This document shows, piece by piece, positions 12,702-26,793 of a DNA stretch of 64,000 nt (positions within the stretch are counted from its first letter, which is position 1; the number at the start of each line of letters is the position of its first letter). The translations under genes and the position numbers were made by a program. Origin of the DNA: Blastocystis sp. Blastoise (taxonomy: Eukaryota; Protista; Bigyra: Opalinata); contig JBBPEB010000006.1 of NCBI GenBank assembly GCA_039096225.1, positions 310,001 to 374,000 of the forward strand, written 5' to 3'. A model generated the notes under the pieces. That model worked only from the letters and a program-made list of their open reading frames with translations, searched no databases and was not told the DNA's origin.

Positions 12702-15334
12702 ATGGATAAATTATCGAAACTTAATCGTTTTGTTGAAAAATATACAGGAAAAGATATATCTGAAAATGAGGTACAGTCCTTTTTAAAAGAATGCTCCTTG
12801 AAAGACATGAAAGAATTATTACAGTCTCTGAATTCTAGTAGTCGTTCTGAAGATGTATTTAAATATATTCATATATTATAATGTGCATAGTATTTCCATA
12901 TAGCGAATGCTTTCAGTCTGATTTTGAAGAATTCATGTACGTTATGCTTAAATTCAGAATTAATAGATATTATTATTTGGATAATAAGTGATACTACACT
13001 GATAAAAACTGAACTGAAAGATATTGTTTCTGTATTCTTTGAATGTCTCACGAAAAACAAACAATATTCGCAGTTTTCTCAACTATATCCTGTATATATT
13101 TTGATATATATAACAACACTATCAATGTTTTAGGATTATATAGAGTATTTGGTCTCTTTTATCACACAAATTATTCAAGATCCAGAACAACCTGGTATAT
13201 ATATATTTATAGTAGTGTCTGATTATACTTAAGCATTCATTATTCATATATCATTGATATTCATAAAGAGTATACAATATGCTTGTGTTGTATACAGTGT
13301 TTTTCATTTTATTGACTAAATAATCCTTTTTTTTTATTATCAATGATTCCTGTATATATAGAGTTTTATGGTACTCCTATTCTTGAACTTTATAAAGTGA
13401 ATCATGATTGTCATATTCTTGATTATTTTATGAATTTAAAGTAAGTTACGTTTGTTGTGAATTCTTTACTTTATTTTTTTAACACATTATAGATATTTTA
13501 AATTATTATAGATATTTATAATTTTTTTTTATAAATATATATTATATATTATATATATATATGTATGGAGTATATAATTTCTTTCATTATGTATAGTTAT
13601 GAATCTAGTACTATTCATCGTCTGCTTATACTCTATTTATCCTTATGTCAAATAGATATATCACTATATGAATACTTAAACAAATACGATCAATTCCAAC
13701 GAGTATATATATATATTTAAATTATTATTATATATATATTTTTTTTATGAATATATATATATATATATATTACTTATTTTTTAACTGTCAACTATTACAT
13801 TTATGTTTATGTTGTTATTATTGTATTATATTTCTATAGTTTGATATTTTATATACGAAAGAAGACCCATTATTGCTGATAACAGTATTAGAATATCTCA
13901 TATCTCTTTTTGACAAATCTCCTTCTCTTTGTGTTCTCTATATACAAGATAATGGTATATATTCATATATATTACTATATACTATTCTATTAATACATTA
14001 TATATATAGGAATTATGAACTATATAAATATGTATATACATGATCAACATCGTTATGTACTTTCTCAATCGATTTCTATACTTATTTATATGTATAAATA
14101 TACATATTCCACTTCATGTATGATTATATATATATATACTTATGAGTCTTTATTCTTATATATTTAAATATATAGCTTTAGAGATTCAAACGGAGCAATA
14201 TAAACATATTAGTGATATCTTATTAAATTATATTCACCAAGATTCTTTAGTTGGATATGAAGGACTTCTTATGTATATTCATATATATATATATATTATT
14301 ATATTTTTATTATTATCTTTTTATATTTATTGTTTCTCTTTATATGCATTATATTACATATAAAATAATTATATGATTTTTATTCTTTTATTGACATATT
14401 ATCTTGTCTATATGTAAATATATACTATATATGTATTTTCTTCTTTAGGTTAATCAACGAATGTCCTCAGACATGTATATATTGGGTTACAAGCAGTTTC
14501 ATTGATTCATATATCTTACAGATCTATCGTCAGTATATATTATATTATAATATAATATAATCTAATATATATAATATAATTATAATTGTAACAATATGTG
14601 ATATAATTATAATATATACTATACTATTATATAATTATACTACTAATAATATAAGTAATATAATATAATATAGTTCGGATTCAATGATATGTTGTATATA
14701 TATATTGAAAACACTTTTAAATTCTTCTTCTTCAAATATCAATAAAGAAGAGTTATGTAGTTATATACAGCAATCACCTCTCTTTGATCTTAAACGATTT
14801 ATGTCATTCTTATCTAATGTATATATACAATAGTATTCTTTTTCTATATATAAATGTGAATATCTATCGAATATACTACTATTCAAAAGTTTTCTATTCT
14901 TTCTCAACATCTATTATTTAACTAAAGAGTCTATTATATATAGGAAGCTATTACGATTCATCTATTAGCATTTATAAATACACTATTAAAATCAAAATTA
15001 TCTACCTATATTCTTACGTATTGATTTATTTCATATATATATATCTATTTTTCTTATAGACAAACACCATTTATTGAATTGCTTCTTAATTCTTATAAAT
15101 CAATTCCATTTGATTGTATAGTCAAATATAGAAATATGATTTCTATGTTGTTTTATGAAGAAGAACTATCCAAATATATATGTATGTGATCATCAATAGT
15201 TTCTTATAAATAATATACATATTTTCTTATAAATAATTATAGCATCATCAAATAAATCCAGAATGTCTTCAATAATCAATGGCAATACACAAGAAATCAA
15301 CGCAGCTATTCCACACGAACCACTTACATTATAA
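12702..15334 (+). CDS. Helical ARM/HEAT-like repeat protein of unknown function (weak resemblance to Uso1/p115 head); 13 GT-AG introns
   Basis: All exons join in frame through canonical sites from MDKLSKLN to HEPLTL*; Leu/Ile-rich amphipathic helices. Family assignment is tentative. Confidence 0.65.
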
Positions 15335-15957
15335 TGTGAATGAAATATTAATTATAATACTATAAAAAATTAAAAGAATAACAAGCACTTGGAATCAATT
15401 TTATGTTTTTTTTTTGAATTTATCAATTAGTTTTGTCATTACAAATTTATGTTTTACATTATAGAAAAAAAACATAACAATGAAATGGATAAGAAAAATA
15501 TATTATTTTATGTTAATCAATTGTCATTGTTATTATTTAATTATTCCAAATCTAACTTCTATAAATTGATTACATTTAATATTTATAGTCAAAACCATAT
15601 ACTTTTTTGCTTTAACTAGAGTAATGACTATTCAATTTGATTTCTATCAAATGATCGATTCAATACATTTCAGTTTATTTCAGTAACGAAAGAACTAACT
15701 GTTTTCTTCTTCACGATTATTTAAAAAAATGCCTTTTATGAATTCCGATAATTGTGAAACTAATGTTAGACAAAAGTGGCGATGGTATAAAAAGCACACA
15801 AGACGGCGAGATAAAAACGAGATTGCTTTCGTTCCACAAAATTGCTTAAAAACCATTTTGCAATCTCATTTTTATCTCAATTCTTATTCCATAAAATTTT
15901 AAGTAATAATAGCTGTCTTATTCTCTCCTTTGTTACTTTATCCGAAGTTAACTCAAC

Positions 15958-16927
15958 ATGGTTACAACTGCCCAACATAGAAACTGTATGCTGCTTTCTT
16001 TGATCAGAAAAAAAACTGATTTCTTCTTTTTTCATGCTATGATTAATTCATTGTTCATTTTTATCTTCAAAATACTCACTTAAATATCACAGATTACTTA
16101 TGGTACAATATTTATCTATCGTAAAACTTCTAGATCTCCTCGTCGTCCTTTTGAAGCCGAACGTATTGATCAAGAACTCCGTATTTGTGGTGAATATGGT
16201 CTTCGTTGCAAGCGTGAAATCTGGAGAGTTCAACTTGTTCTTGCCAAGATGCGTAAAGCATTTTTTAACACACTTTATTAATTTTAGAAAACAATTATCT
16301 TTTTTTTTCCATCATTTCTTATAATTATAATTATAAGCTGCTCGTGAACTTTTAACCCTCCCTGAAAAGGATCCTCGTCGTTTATTCCAAGGTGCTGCCC
16401 TTATTCGTCGTCTCACCCGTGCTGGTCTTCTTAATGAAGAAGAAAAGAAACTTGATGATGTCCTTCGTCTTACTACCCAAAAACTCATGGATCGTCGTCT
16501 TCAATCTGTTGTTTTCAGATCTGGTCTTGCCAAGTCTATTCATCACGCTAGAGTTTTAATTCGTCAAAGACATATTCGCGTTGGTAGACAACTTGTCAAT
16601 TCTCCTTCCTTCCTCGTTCACAAGGAATCTGAAAAACAAATCTCTTTCGCCCAAAACTCTCCTTTCGGTAACGGTCGTCCCGGATGTTATATATATATAT
16701 AATATAATTAAAATATATATATATATATTTATATAAATTTTATTTATATTATTAAATAATATTTTTTTAATTTAATATACTAAATATGCTATTAGATTCT
16801 ATTTTCTACATGTTATATTATTTGTTTTCTTAATTTATATTGTTTGATATATTTTTTCTTATAAATATACGGTCGTGTTGCTCGTAAACATGCTGCTGCC
16901 CATAAGGAAGCTGCCGATGAAGAATAA
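15958..16927 (+). CDS. RPS9: 40S ribosomal protein S9 (uS4); 3 introns, all with non-canonical ends
   Basis: Exons 15958-15985, 16118-16257, 16337-16681 and 16871-16927 give [22 protein letters not shown]...[14 protein letters not shown]...MRKAARELL...RRLQ...[18 protein letters not shown]...GRPGRVARK. Confidence 0.97.
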
Positions 16928-17171
16928 ATAAAATAACAATTTGCTATAAACTAGCGGTTGGAGAGAATTATTTTATTCAGTTTTTTGTTTATTATATATA
17001 GTTATAGTAATGCTAGTAGAGATTTTATACATATATTATTATATATAAAATGTGATTAAAACCAAACAAGCTAAAGAAAAAACAAACTATTGTAATATGA
17101 AGAAAGAATTAAACGAAGAGTATACTATTTACACATCAGAGATATTTTTTATTAAAAGGTTTAAGTAATGG

Positions 17172-18758
17172 ACTATTTGAATACCAAAGGAAGAATATTA
17201 TAATCTATACAAATGATATATAAGTGAATAATACATACGGTAATGATGACAAGGACAATACATAGATAAAAGATGACACTTAGAAAGAATCCTTCAAAGA
17301 GAGTATGATATAAATCATCATACATAGTTCCAAGACAATTCTGCTCATTAGTATTTTTACTACTACATCCTGCAGTAATATTGGAAGCTACAATATATGG
17401 ATCTTTGTAATGTCGTAACTATATATATATATATAATTAGAGAATGTATATATAATTAGAGAAATACATTTATATATATATAGAAAGGAGAGAGTATAGA
17501 AACTATATATAGAATATACAGTAACATTGATAGTAGAAGGTAGAAGAGGTCCATAAGATATAGGATACCATGGAGGAAGATCATATAAATACTGATTTGA
17601 TATATAATCACATCCAGGTTGAGATTGATTATTCTTTAATAAGGATCTATAGAGATGAAAAAATATAATGAAAACAGTCCAAGAGAAATAATTATAAATA
17701 TAATAACTATATAAATGATCATAATATAGAATAAAATATTTTTTTTGCTTGTTTTAACACAAATAAGAAAATATATAATAAAATAAAAATAAAAATAAAT
17801 ATAATAATAAATATAATAATAATAATAAAAATAAATATAATAATAATAATAATAATAATAAAAATAAATATAACAATTATAAAAAAAAATATATATATAT
17901 ATAACAATAATAATAACATAATAAATATAATAATAGCAAACACAATAAATATAATAAACATAATAATATATATACGGATTGGAATCTAAATGCCAAAATT
18001 TATCATTTTCTTTAATACGAAAACATATATTTTGAGCATAAGCTGTTACTTTGCATATGCCTTTAATATATAATCCTTTATAGACTTGACTACAAATAGG
18101 ACATGTTTGAGAATAGGAACAGAAAGAATGGGATGCTTTACTAGAAAAAACACATTTCTTACAACCTAATTGTTCTCCACTTATATCAAATGACATTTCT
18201 ATTGGTATACGGTAGTTGATCTTAGGTCCAAGAGTTGATGTACTGATTTCTAAATCTATATATTTGGATTGTCGTGGTAAACTTTGAGTATCCAATTGAG
18301 CTGAAAAATATAAAACTTTATGAAAATATTCTAAATCACTATTGCGGACATCTCTCAATGGATAATATAAACCATATTCCATAGACGAAGGTTGAAATTT
18401 AGTATAACTATTCTGATTTATTTCTAAAAGACGCATAAACAATTTCACTTGCTTCAAATCATCAAAATTAACTTTACTCCATTCTCTTGTTTCTTTTGTA
18501 TATCTAATATATATAAAATGATTAATAAATAGTATGAAACGAAAAAAAGATGAAACAAACGACGGTAATATTATTCTCATACATATGGAATCACATTTAT
18601 ATAGATATATACATTGACATTTTCTGATGAGTTGCTAAGTCAGAAATATGTTCATTCTCTAAATGAGCAGTTGACGAGCGAATATATAGTATTATAAGGA
18701 CTGTAGCACATACCAATCCAAAATAAACATAAGTATTGCGTTTCCTTTGTGAAAGCAT
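17172..18758 (-). CDS. Two-TM membrane protein with large Cys-containing luminal loop, unknown function; 3 GT-AG introns
   Basis: Starts MLSQRKRNTYVYFGLVCATVLIILYIR; central ORF region with CxxC pairs; last exon LRHYKDPYIVASNITAGC then TM then TAG. Confidence 0.7.
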
Positions 18759-19178
18759 CGCGTATTAAGGCATATAAAATATTAATGACATTTTCTAATG
18801 GTTTCTGTTCTCTTTTCAAGATTGTTTTTCCTGAAACCAACTGATTTTTGAATTTAAATTTGTGTGATAACTCATTTTTTTGTTATAAACTGCTTGCATT
18901 GTTTTATGAATACTATTCTGAATTAATAGAAAGATTTATATGTGTAATAAATAGGTATATTATTCTATTTTTGTGATTGATGATGTGATTGTTGACTATA
19001 AATAATAGAAAAAACTATGTAAATATATATAGCAGATGTTTTGGGAATTATTTAGATTATGTTGCTAACAAGCAATATCATATTATTGATTTTGATTGGT
19101 AATAAATTAGTTAAAAAATAGAAAACAAAACGAATGATAACAATGACTGTTTTAATTAAAATAACTAGATAAATATAA

Positions 19179-21241
19179 TTAATTTGTTGAGACTTCAACA
19201 GCTTTTTCAGGAGCAGGTTTGTCTGATTCTGTACTAGGAGCTGAAGTTTCAGTAGTTGTTTCAGTAGGAACAACTGTAGGAAGATTGAATTTAGGGTGTT
19301 GTTTATATGTCCATGGCTTAGTAAGAATATTCATAATAAAAGAGACACACATAATACAGCCAATACCTATGACGATATTATTGTAACCAAGTTTCTTTAC
19401 AAGAATAGGAGCAGCAAAAGCAGAAATAAGAGAAGAGAAAACTATACAATAAAGATAATAATAAATAGAATAATAAATAGTATAATAAATAGAATAATAA
19501 ATAGAAAATAGCATACTTTGATTGGTAAAGATCCATCCATAGTTAGTACTCATATAAAGAGTACCAAAAGAGCGGGAAGTATAGGCGGGGAATAAAGCAA
19601 AGTTACCACCAATAGTAAAATAAAGAAGACATACCCAAATGAAGAATAAATATTTGCCTCCTTGTTCAGATAGAATAAGGGTACCTGTAAAGAAAGCAAC
19701 TCCGAAACAAATACAACACATCACCTTCTTATAACCAAATTTATCACTCTATATAAATATATAGAATAAATAAATTATAGATAGATAGAAACAAGAACAT
19801 AGATAATGTATATGTATAAAGATATATAATATAATTGATAATATTTAAAATAATAATAAAAAAAAAATAATATTAATAAATAATATATATATACAAGATA
19901 TCCCCAAATAGGTCTAGAGAGTCCATTACATAAGGAAGAGATAGAACCAACTAAAGAACTAAAGAGATCATCATTTGTGAAATCATTAGCAATAAATTTA
20001 TAGAAGCTAGAAATAAAGACGACAACAAGTCCATTCATAAAGAAAGTCAAATAAATTTCCCAGAATTTCCAAACTTTAACAATATCCTTAGGAGCAAGAC
20101 CTTCCTTGATATCTATTGATAATAATAATAATAATAAACATAATAAACATAATAAACATAATAAACATAATAATAATAAGTATACTGGTATCAATAAGAG
20201 CTTCACTAGATTCATGAATAAGTTTATCTTCTTCATCAGTAGGAGTACTAATCATGAGAGAAGCAGCAACTATCATAACGAAATAAATACAACCCAACCA
20301 AATAAAGGCCATAGGAACACGTTCACATACTTCATAAGGGAAATAGGATTTCTATATATAATAATAATAAATATAATAATAAAAACAATAATAATGAATA
20401 TAAAATATAAATACATTAGTAGCAACATCAGGAATAGTAGGAAGGTTATCAGGATTGACTAATTTGGTCTGAACAATGTTGAAAATTAAAGCACCACAAC
20501 CGAATCCAGCTACAACAACACCACTAATTAGACCAGCATGTTTAGGGAACCATTTCATACCTATATATATAGTAAATTATTTGTAGAATAAATAAAATAT
20601 AAATAATAAATAAAATATAAATAATAAATAAAAATATAAATATAAATAATAAATAAAAAAAATAAATAATAAATAAAAAATATAAATAATAAATAAAAAA
20701 ACAAATAAATAAATAATACATAAAAACACATATAAATACCAGCACTTAAACAAGGAGAATATGCGAGACCAACACCCCAACCAAATAATAAACCGAAAAT
20801 AAGGACAACGGCAATATAACTATCAACAGCCCAATAGCAAAGAATATTTGAAAGAGCACAAATAAAACCACCGATGAAAGCTGTCCAACGAGAACCAATC
20901 TTACTATCGATAATACCACCAACCATCATAATAGAAGCCTATAATATATATATTTAATATATTAAACAATAAATAAATTAAAAAAATATATACTTGACCA
21001 AAAGCGGCACCAGCAAAGACCCAAACAGCATAGGAATCATCAATATCCTGTAAAGAATAATCATTAAACAATAAATGGTAAATGAATAATAAATGAAACA
21101 TACGACTTGACGAATAACATGAAGATACGAAATAACGTAAGAATTCATATTAGAGATACTGTATAATGTACCTAAAGTGATATGAATAATCAAAGCACCA
21201 AGAAGAGTGAATAATCCTTTAATTGTTGTAGTAGCAACCAT
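19179..21241 (-). CDS. MFS transporter, oxalate:formate antiporter (OFA/MCT-like) family; 7 GT-AG introns
   Basis: GGIIDSKIGSR, GLLFGWGVGLAYSP, MKWFPKHAGLISGVVVAGFGCGALIF, NGLSRPIWGYLSDKFGYK, GGNFALFP. Confidence 0.9.
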
Positions 21242-21319
21242 ACTATCAAACCCTATTGAAAATACAAGAATTATAAAAAAATGACATGCAACAAGAAAGT
21301 ACTTCCGAATCATAATGAG

Positions 21320-21651
21320 CAGGGGTCATCAGGCAGGACCTCTTTCAGCGGGAAATGGGGAAAAAAAGCGCAAAAAGAGCCAGTTTTTACAAAAAAACAC
21401 TGAAGAATCAGTCAAAAAATAATTAAAAAATCACTAAAAAAATAAAAAAACAAGTATAATTTTCTTAAAAACCGTCGGTATTTTTTCAAAGACATTGTTT
21501 TTGAGCTTATCTTGACGTGCTACACAAAACCGAACTATTTTCAAGTGAAAAAAATAAATAATCAGAGAGAAAATGTAAAATAATCGTTTAAGCGCAAAAA
21601 TAGCATCAATAAGCGCACTTTGCGCTAAAAGCGCAGTTTTGGCACACCCTG
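21320..21651. mobile_element. Non-autonomous hAT-type element (MITE), 332 bp, with 8-bp target-site duplication
   Basis: ATAATGAG at 21312-21319 and 21652-21659 flank CAGGG...CCCTG termini; subterminal AAGCGCA repeats; GC above the local background. Confidence 0.85.
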
Positions 21652-22037
21652 ATAATGAGGAAGGCTGTGTTTTTTGGAAAACTTGTTTTCCTGGGGATAT
21701 CTAATGATTATCGTTAAAAATTGATATTATCACGGAAATCTGTTACTAAAACGTTGAATCAAAATGTTTTTTCTCCACTTAGATTCTTATGATTGGTTTA
21801 TTGTCTCTCAAAGAAAAGAGTCATTTATCACGGTTATTTGATTAAGATCATCATTCTTTTGATTTGTATTCTTCAAGGAATAAATCCTTTACTAATATTA
21901 TTTTAAAATATATTATTAAAATTATTAATGTATGTATATATATATAAACAAAACGAATATAATTAAAGTACATTTAAACAATCAATAGTAATAAATTAAT
22001 GAATAATCATAAATACAAAAAACACCCAAATTTATAT

Positions 22038-25000
22038 TTAAAGATCTAAAGAATAACCAGCATCAGAAGTATAATATTCACTACTTCCTCCTACAGTAGT
22101 ATTCTTATTTTCATTTAATAAAGAAGAAATAGTTTTTTGTTCTTCATTATTTTGAAGTCTCTTCTTTTCACTCTTTGATAAGTTCTTTAAATAACTCTTT
22201 GAAGCACCAACAGGGAGAGTTAAACCAGGAGGAAGAATAGGATAATCTCTTTCATCAGGTTTAACTTCAGTAGGTTTTTCAGTAGTTTGAATCTTCTTAG
22301 GTTTTTCCTTCTTAACAATAGGAATAATAGGTTCAGAAACAACTTCATTACCAATAAGATTTTCAACAGCTTGTCTACATTGTTCAACAGCTTCTTTATT
22401 ATCACCATGTAAATGAATAGTACTAGTCTTTCTATCAGCACTTAATTTACATTTATATTCATTTTCTAATCCTTTAATAGTAGCACCTTTAGGTCCAATT
22501 ATTTTAGATATAATAGGACTAGCAACGGTCCAAGTATAATTAAGAGTCTTTTGATCTTCAATAATTTGATTAATAGCATCTGTAGCATTCTTAACAGCTT
22601 CTTCTTCACCTACAACAACAACAGTATTAGTTTCATTAAGAACTTCAATAGTACACTTATAATCATCAATTAACTTATTAATTACTTTACCTTGAGAACC
22701 AATAATATGAGGAATATAAAGAGAATCTACTTTTATAAGTATACATTCTCTTTCAAATTTTTCAGCAAGAGTTATAAGTTGTTCTTTAATAGTATCAACC
22801 TTACCTTCAAAAGAAGTAATAAAAATAGAAGAATCTTTCTTATTTAATTCAATCTTAGCATTATTCTCAGTAGCTATTTTTTGTATTTCTTCATTATTAT
22901 TTTCAGCAGCATAGAAGGCAGATTCAGATAATTTAAGAGTAGCAAATTGATTAGGAAGATATTTAACAAAGTTTTCAAATAAAATAGAATAAGTATCTTC
23001 AATTCCTTTCTTATCTGCAACAACTTCAATATAATGTTCATCAACATTAATATGAATCTTTGATTTACATGATAATTCAATACGTTCAACAAAGAAGCCA
23101 TTGGATTTTATTAAAGTATTAAGAAGATCCGAAGGAATATCATATTTAATATGTTTACGACCACTCATAACTTCATATAATAAAGGAGTAGCTTGTTCAA
23201 CTTGTTTTTGAGTACCAACAATAGTAACAGTAACAGAACCTATAGTTTTAGATCCATCCTTAGGAATCTCAATATTAGCACCAGTTACAGTACGAATATT
23301 TTGTACGGCAGCAAAACGATCTTCCATTAAGAACTTTAATTGTTTTTGACTTACATTAATATTCTTATTCATACGAATATTATTAGCTAAATATTCTTTA
23401 ATATATTCTTTAGCTTTATGAACATCATCAGCTTTACCAAAAATAGAAATATTATTTTCCTTAGTTTCCTTAGGAGCAGAAACCTTCTTCTTCGTATCTT
23501 CTTTCTTATTATCTTTAGATTTATCATTATTATTTCTATCAATTTGAACTAAAACATTAAATTCTTCTTGTATATGTTTTAAGTTAACACCAGATTTTCC
23601 AACTAAACATCCAAGATGTTCTTCAGGACGAGTTTCATATTCAACAATATAATCTTTATATTGTTCAACTAAATCACTAAGTACCTTCTTGACTTCATTC
23701 ACAGCTTCTTCTTCACCTGTTATTCTATAAGCATGTTCTTTATATAATAACATAATCTTTACTTTATTCTCATATTTCTTTTCTAAAGTTTCTATTTCAG
23801 AACGTCTAAAAGCAGGACAATGACGAGTTAAATCTTCAGAAACACTAACAATAGCATTTTCTTTTAAGAATTTTTCAGCTCTATCAATAATATCTTGTTT
23901 AGCTTTACCTACATCTTCAGGAGTACCACTAATTTCAATATGTTGATTAGTATCTATTTGAATATGAACATTAAAAGTAGAAGATATAGTATTTAAGATA
24001 TCACCCTTCTTACCAATAATAGCAGAACCAAGAGTAACGGGAGCAACAACAACTTCTTCAAAATAATTATTATGATTCCATTCATTAATAAACTCTTCAC
24101 ATTTCTCAATATTTTCTTCAGTACCAATAACAGTTACTTTACCAGAAGCATCAACATCTATATTTACATTTGTATCTTTACGAAGCTTATTAATAGCTTC
24201 ACCACGTTCACCAATAAATTTATATATAGTCTTAGAAGCAATATTAAAAGATTTCTCAATAAAAGAATTAGCAACAGCCATTAATTTCTCTTCAGCAACT
24301 TTAACATCTTCTTCAGTACCTGAAATTTCAGCAGAATTAGTAGCTTTAGTTAAATATATATTGGTTTTAGTTTCAGTTTGAATATCTTTAATAAGTTTAC
24401 TATTATTATCAAGAAGCATATTCATAGAATTCTTAGGAAGAGAAACAACAACATGTTCTTTCTTATATTGAACAAATAAATCAGTAAGAAGAACCTTAGC
24501 AGCATCAATTTCTTCTTGAGTACCTATAATCTTAAAGGAAGTAGTTCCCTTAGTACCGAATTCAAATTGAGCACCAGAATCTTTAGATAATTTCTTAGAA
24601 GTAGCACCCTTTACACCAATACAATAAGTAACCATATTAGGGACTTCAACTTCATATTCAAATGTTAACTCAGGAACACTAGCAATATAATCATCAAGAG
24701 CAGCCTATATATATATATCATAAATATAAGAATAATAATAAATAATAATAATAATTAATAATAATAATAATAATAAATAATAATAAATAATAATAAATAA
24801 TAATAAATAATAATAATAATAAATAATAATAAATAGAATAACCTACTTCATCAGCCTTAATATCTTCCTTTAATCCATAAATATCATAAGTAGTTCCCTT
24901 TCCTTCAGTGGAAGTATTTAAGTTAATATATCCCTTAGAATTCTTTTGTAATTCTTTAAGTTTAGCAGCTTCGTTAGAGAATAAATGACGACGTACATGT

Positions 25001-25481
25001 TGAGATAAAGGAATAGACTTAGTCACTATATAATAATAATAATAATAAATAATATATATATTAAATAATAAAAAAAAAAAAAAAAAAAAACTCAAAACAA
25101 TAATATATATAATATACATTTGAAGAATTTTTCTATAGCATCTTTAGTTTTAGAGACAGCATTTTGTCCACCAGTAATAGAAACAGATTTCTTTACAGCT
25201 TCAGTTTCAATACGAGTACCAAATAAATCTTGGAAGTAACGAGCATATTTAAAGCTATTATTCATTAAAGCACGCTATATATATATATAATAAAGAATAA
25301 TTAAATGACTAAGAATAATAATAACAATTCAATAAATATATAAAAGAGAATAAACTATATACAATTTCGTGAACATTCTTTTCAAGAACAATAGTAACAG
25401 GTTTTAAGGCATCATTTAAGAATTGTTTAGCAGCTTCAACACCAGATTCTATATATATATGTTATATGAATATGTATAGGA

Positions 25482-25521
<40 letters not shown>

Positions 25522-26369
25522 TATCTCCACGAATATTGACTTTATTATTTTTAGTATCAAGCATAATATGAGCATTGACTAACTTGGTAATACTTATAGA
25601 CTATATAGACAATAATAAACATAATAAATAAAAAAATAATAAATAATAAATAATAAATAATAAAATAATAAAATAATAATAATAAAATAATAATAATAAA
25701 CATTATAAACAATAAAATAATAAATAATAAAATAATAAACAATAAAATAATAAACAATAAACATTATAATAATAAACATAATATATACACTAACATGAGC
25801 ATCTTGAAGGAGTTTAATTTCTTCAGGTTGAACATCAAGAGAGAAATCAGTAATATCCTCTTTCTTTAACTATATATATTATATAATAAACACAATATAA
25901 ACATAATAATATATACAGTAACACCAGTAGCACGTTGAATAATTGAAATAGTTTCAGCGTCATGTAAAGCTTGATATAATTCATCAATTTGTTGCTTGGT
26001 TTCATTGATCTTATCATCATTTTCCTTTCTTTCCTTCTTGAGATCTTCAATACTCTTTTGATAATTAGCAGAATGAGCAACGTCGTTCATAAGAACTTGA
26101 AGACTGTGAATGGTCTTTCTTTTTTCTTTTTCTTCACTTAAAGAATAGGAACCAGAAGAAATATCACTTTCTAATTCATCAATTCTATCTTGATAATCTT
26201 CTTCAGTAAGCTTGCTTCTTTTAGGAGCCTTATTAATCTTAGCAGCAATTTCTTCACCTAATTTCTTTTGTCTTTGAAAGAGAGATTCTCTTTGCTTAGA
26301 AAGAGTTTCAATATTTTCAGCAATAGTATCCCTTAAAGTCTTCTCAACAGTAATTTCTTTATCAGCCAT
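22038..26369 (-). CDS. Vigilin/Scp160-like multi-KH-domain RNA-binding protein with N-terminal coiled coil; 6 GT-AG introns
   Basis: Repeated GxxG KH loops: IGVKGAT, IGERGEAI, IIGKKGDIL, LVGKSGVNL, IIGSQGKVI, IIGPKGATI. Confidence 0.85.
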
Positions 26370-26793
26370 ATTATATAAAAAAGCAAGCAAAGCGAAATAA
26401 TAAATCAATAATGCAAAAAAATGTAATGCATTTTTCTTTTTTATTTTCATGACAACAACTTCTTTTGATTGATTTACTGTCGTTTTTTCTCATGGGAATT
26501 TTTGATCTCTCTGTGTAAAAATACATATTCACCATGATTATACGATTGTGTCTAATTCTATTTATGATCCAATTAATTCACTACTTTCTGATTCTACCTC
26601 TTCTGATTGGACAAACACTACAAGCTGGAATATCAAGGCAATATAGGTTTTGTCTCGAATCTGCTTAATTATATCTGAAATGATCTAAATTGAACTTCTT
26701 CTTCTTGCTGATTTTTTAGGGGAAAAAAATTAAGAATTTTTACTGTTTTTTGACAATAGTTCTTTTTTATATAGTTCTTTTTGTTGAAAAGCA

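Noticed and set aside
26531-26670. Possible C/D snoRNA (ATGATTA...CTGA) or 44-codon hydrophobic ORF between divergent genes
   Set aside because: Imperfect C box, no guide complementarity I could identify, and such motifs are common in AT-rich DNA.
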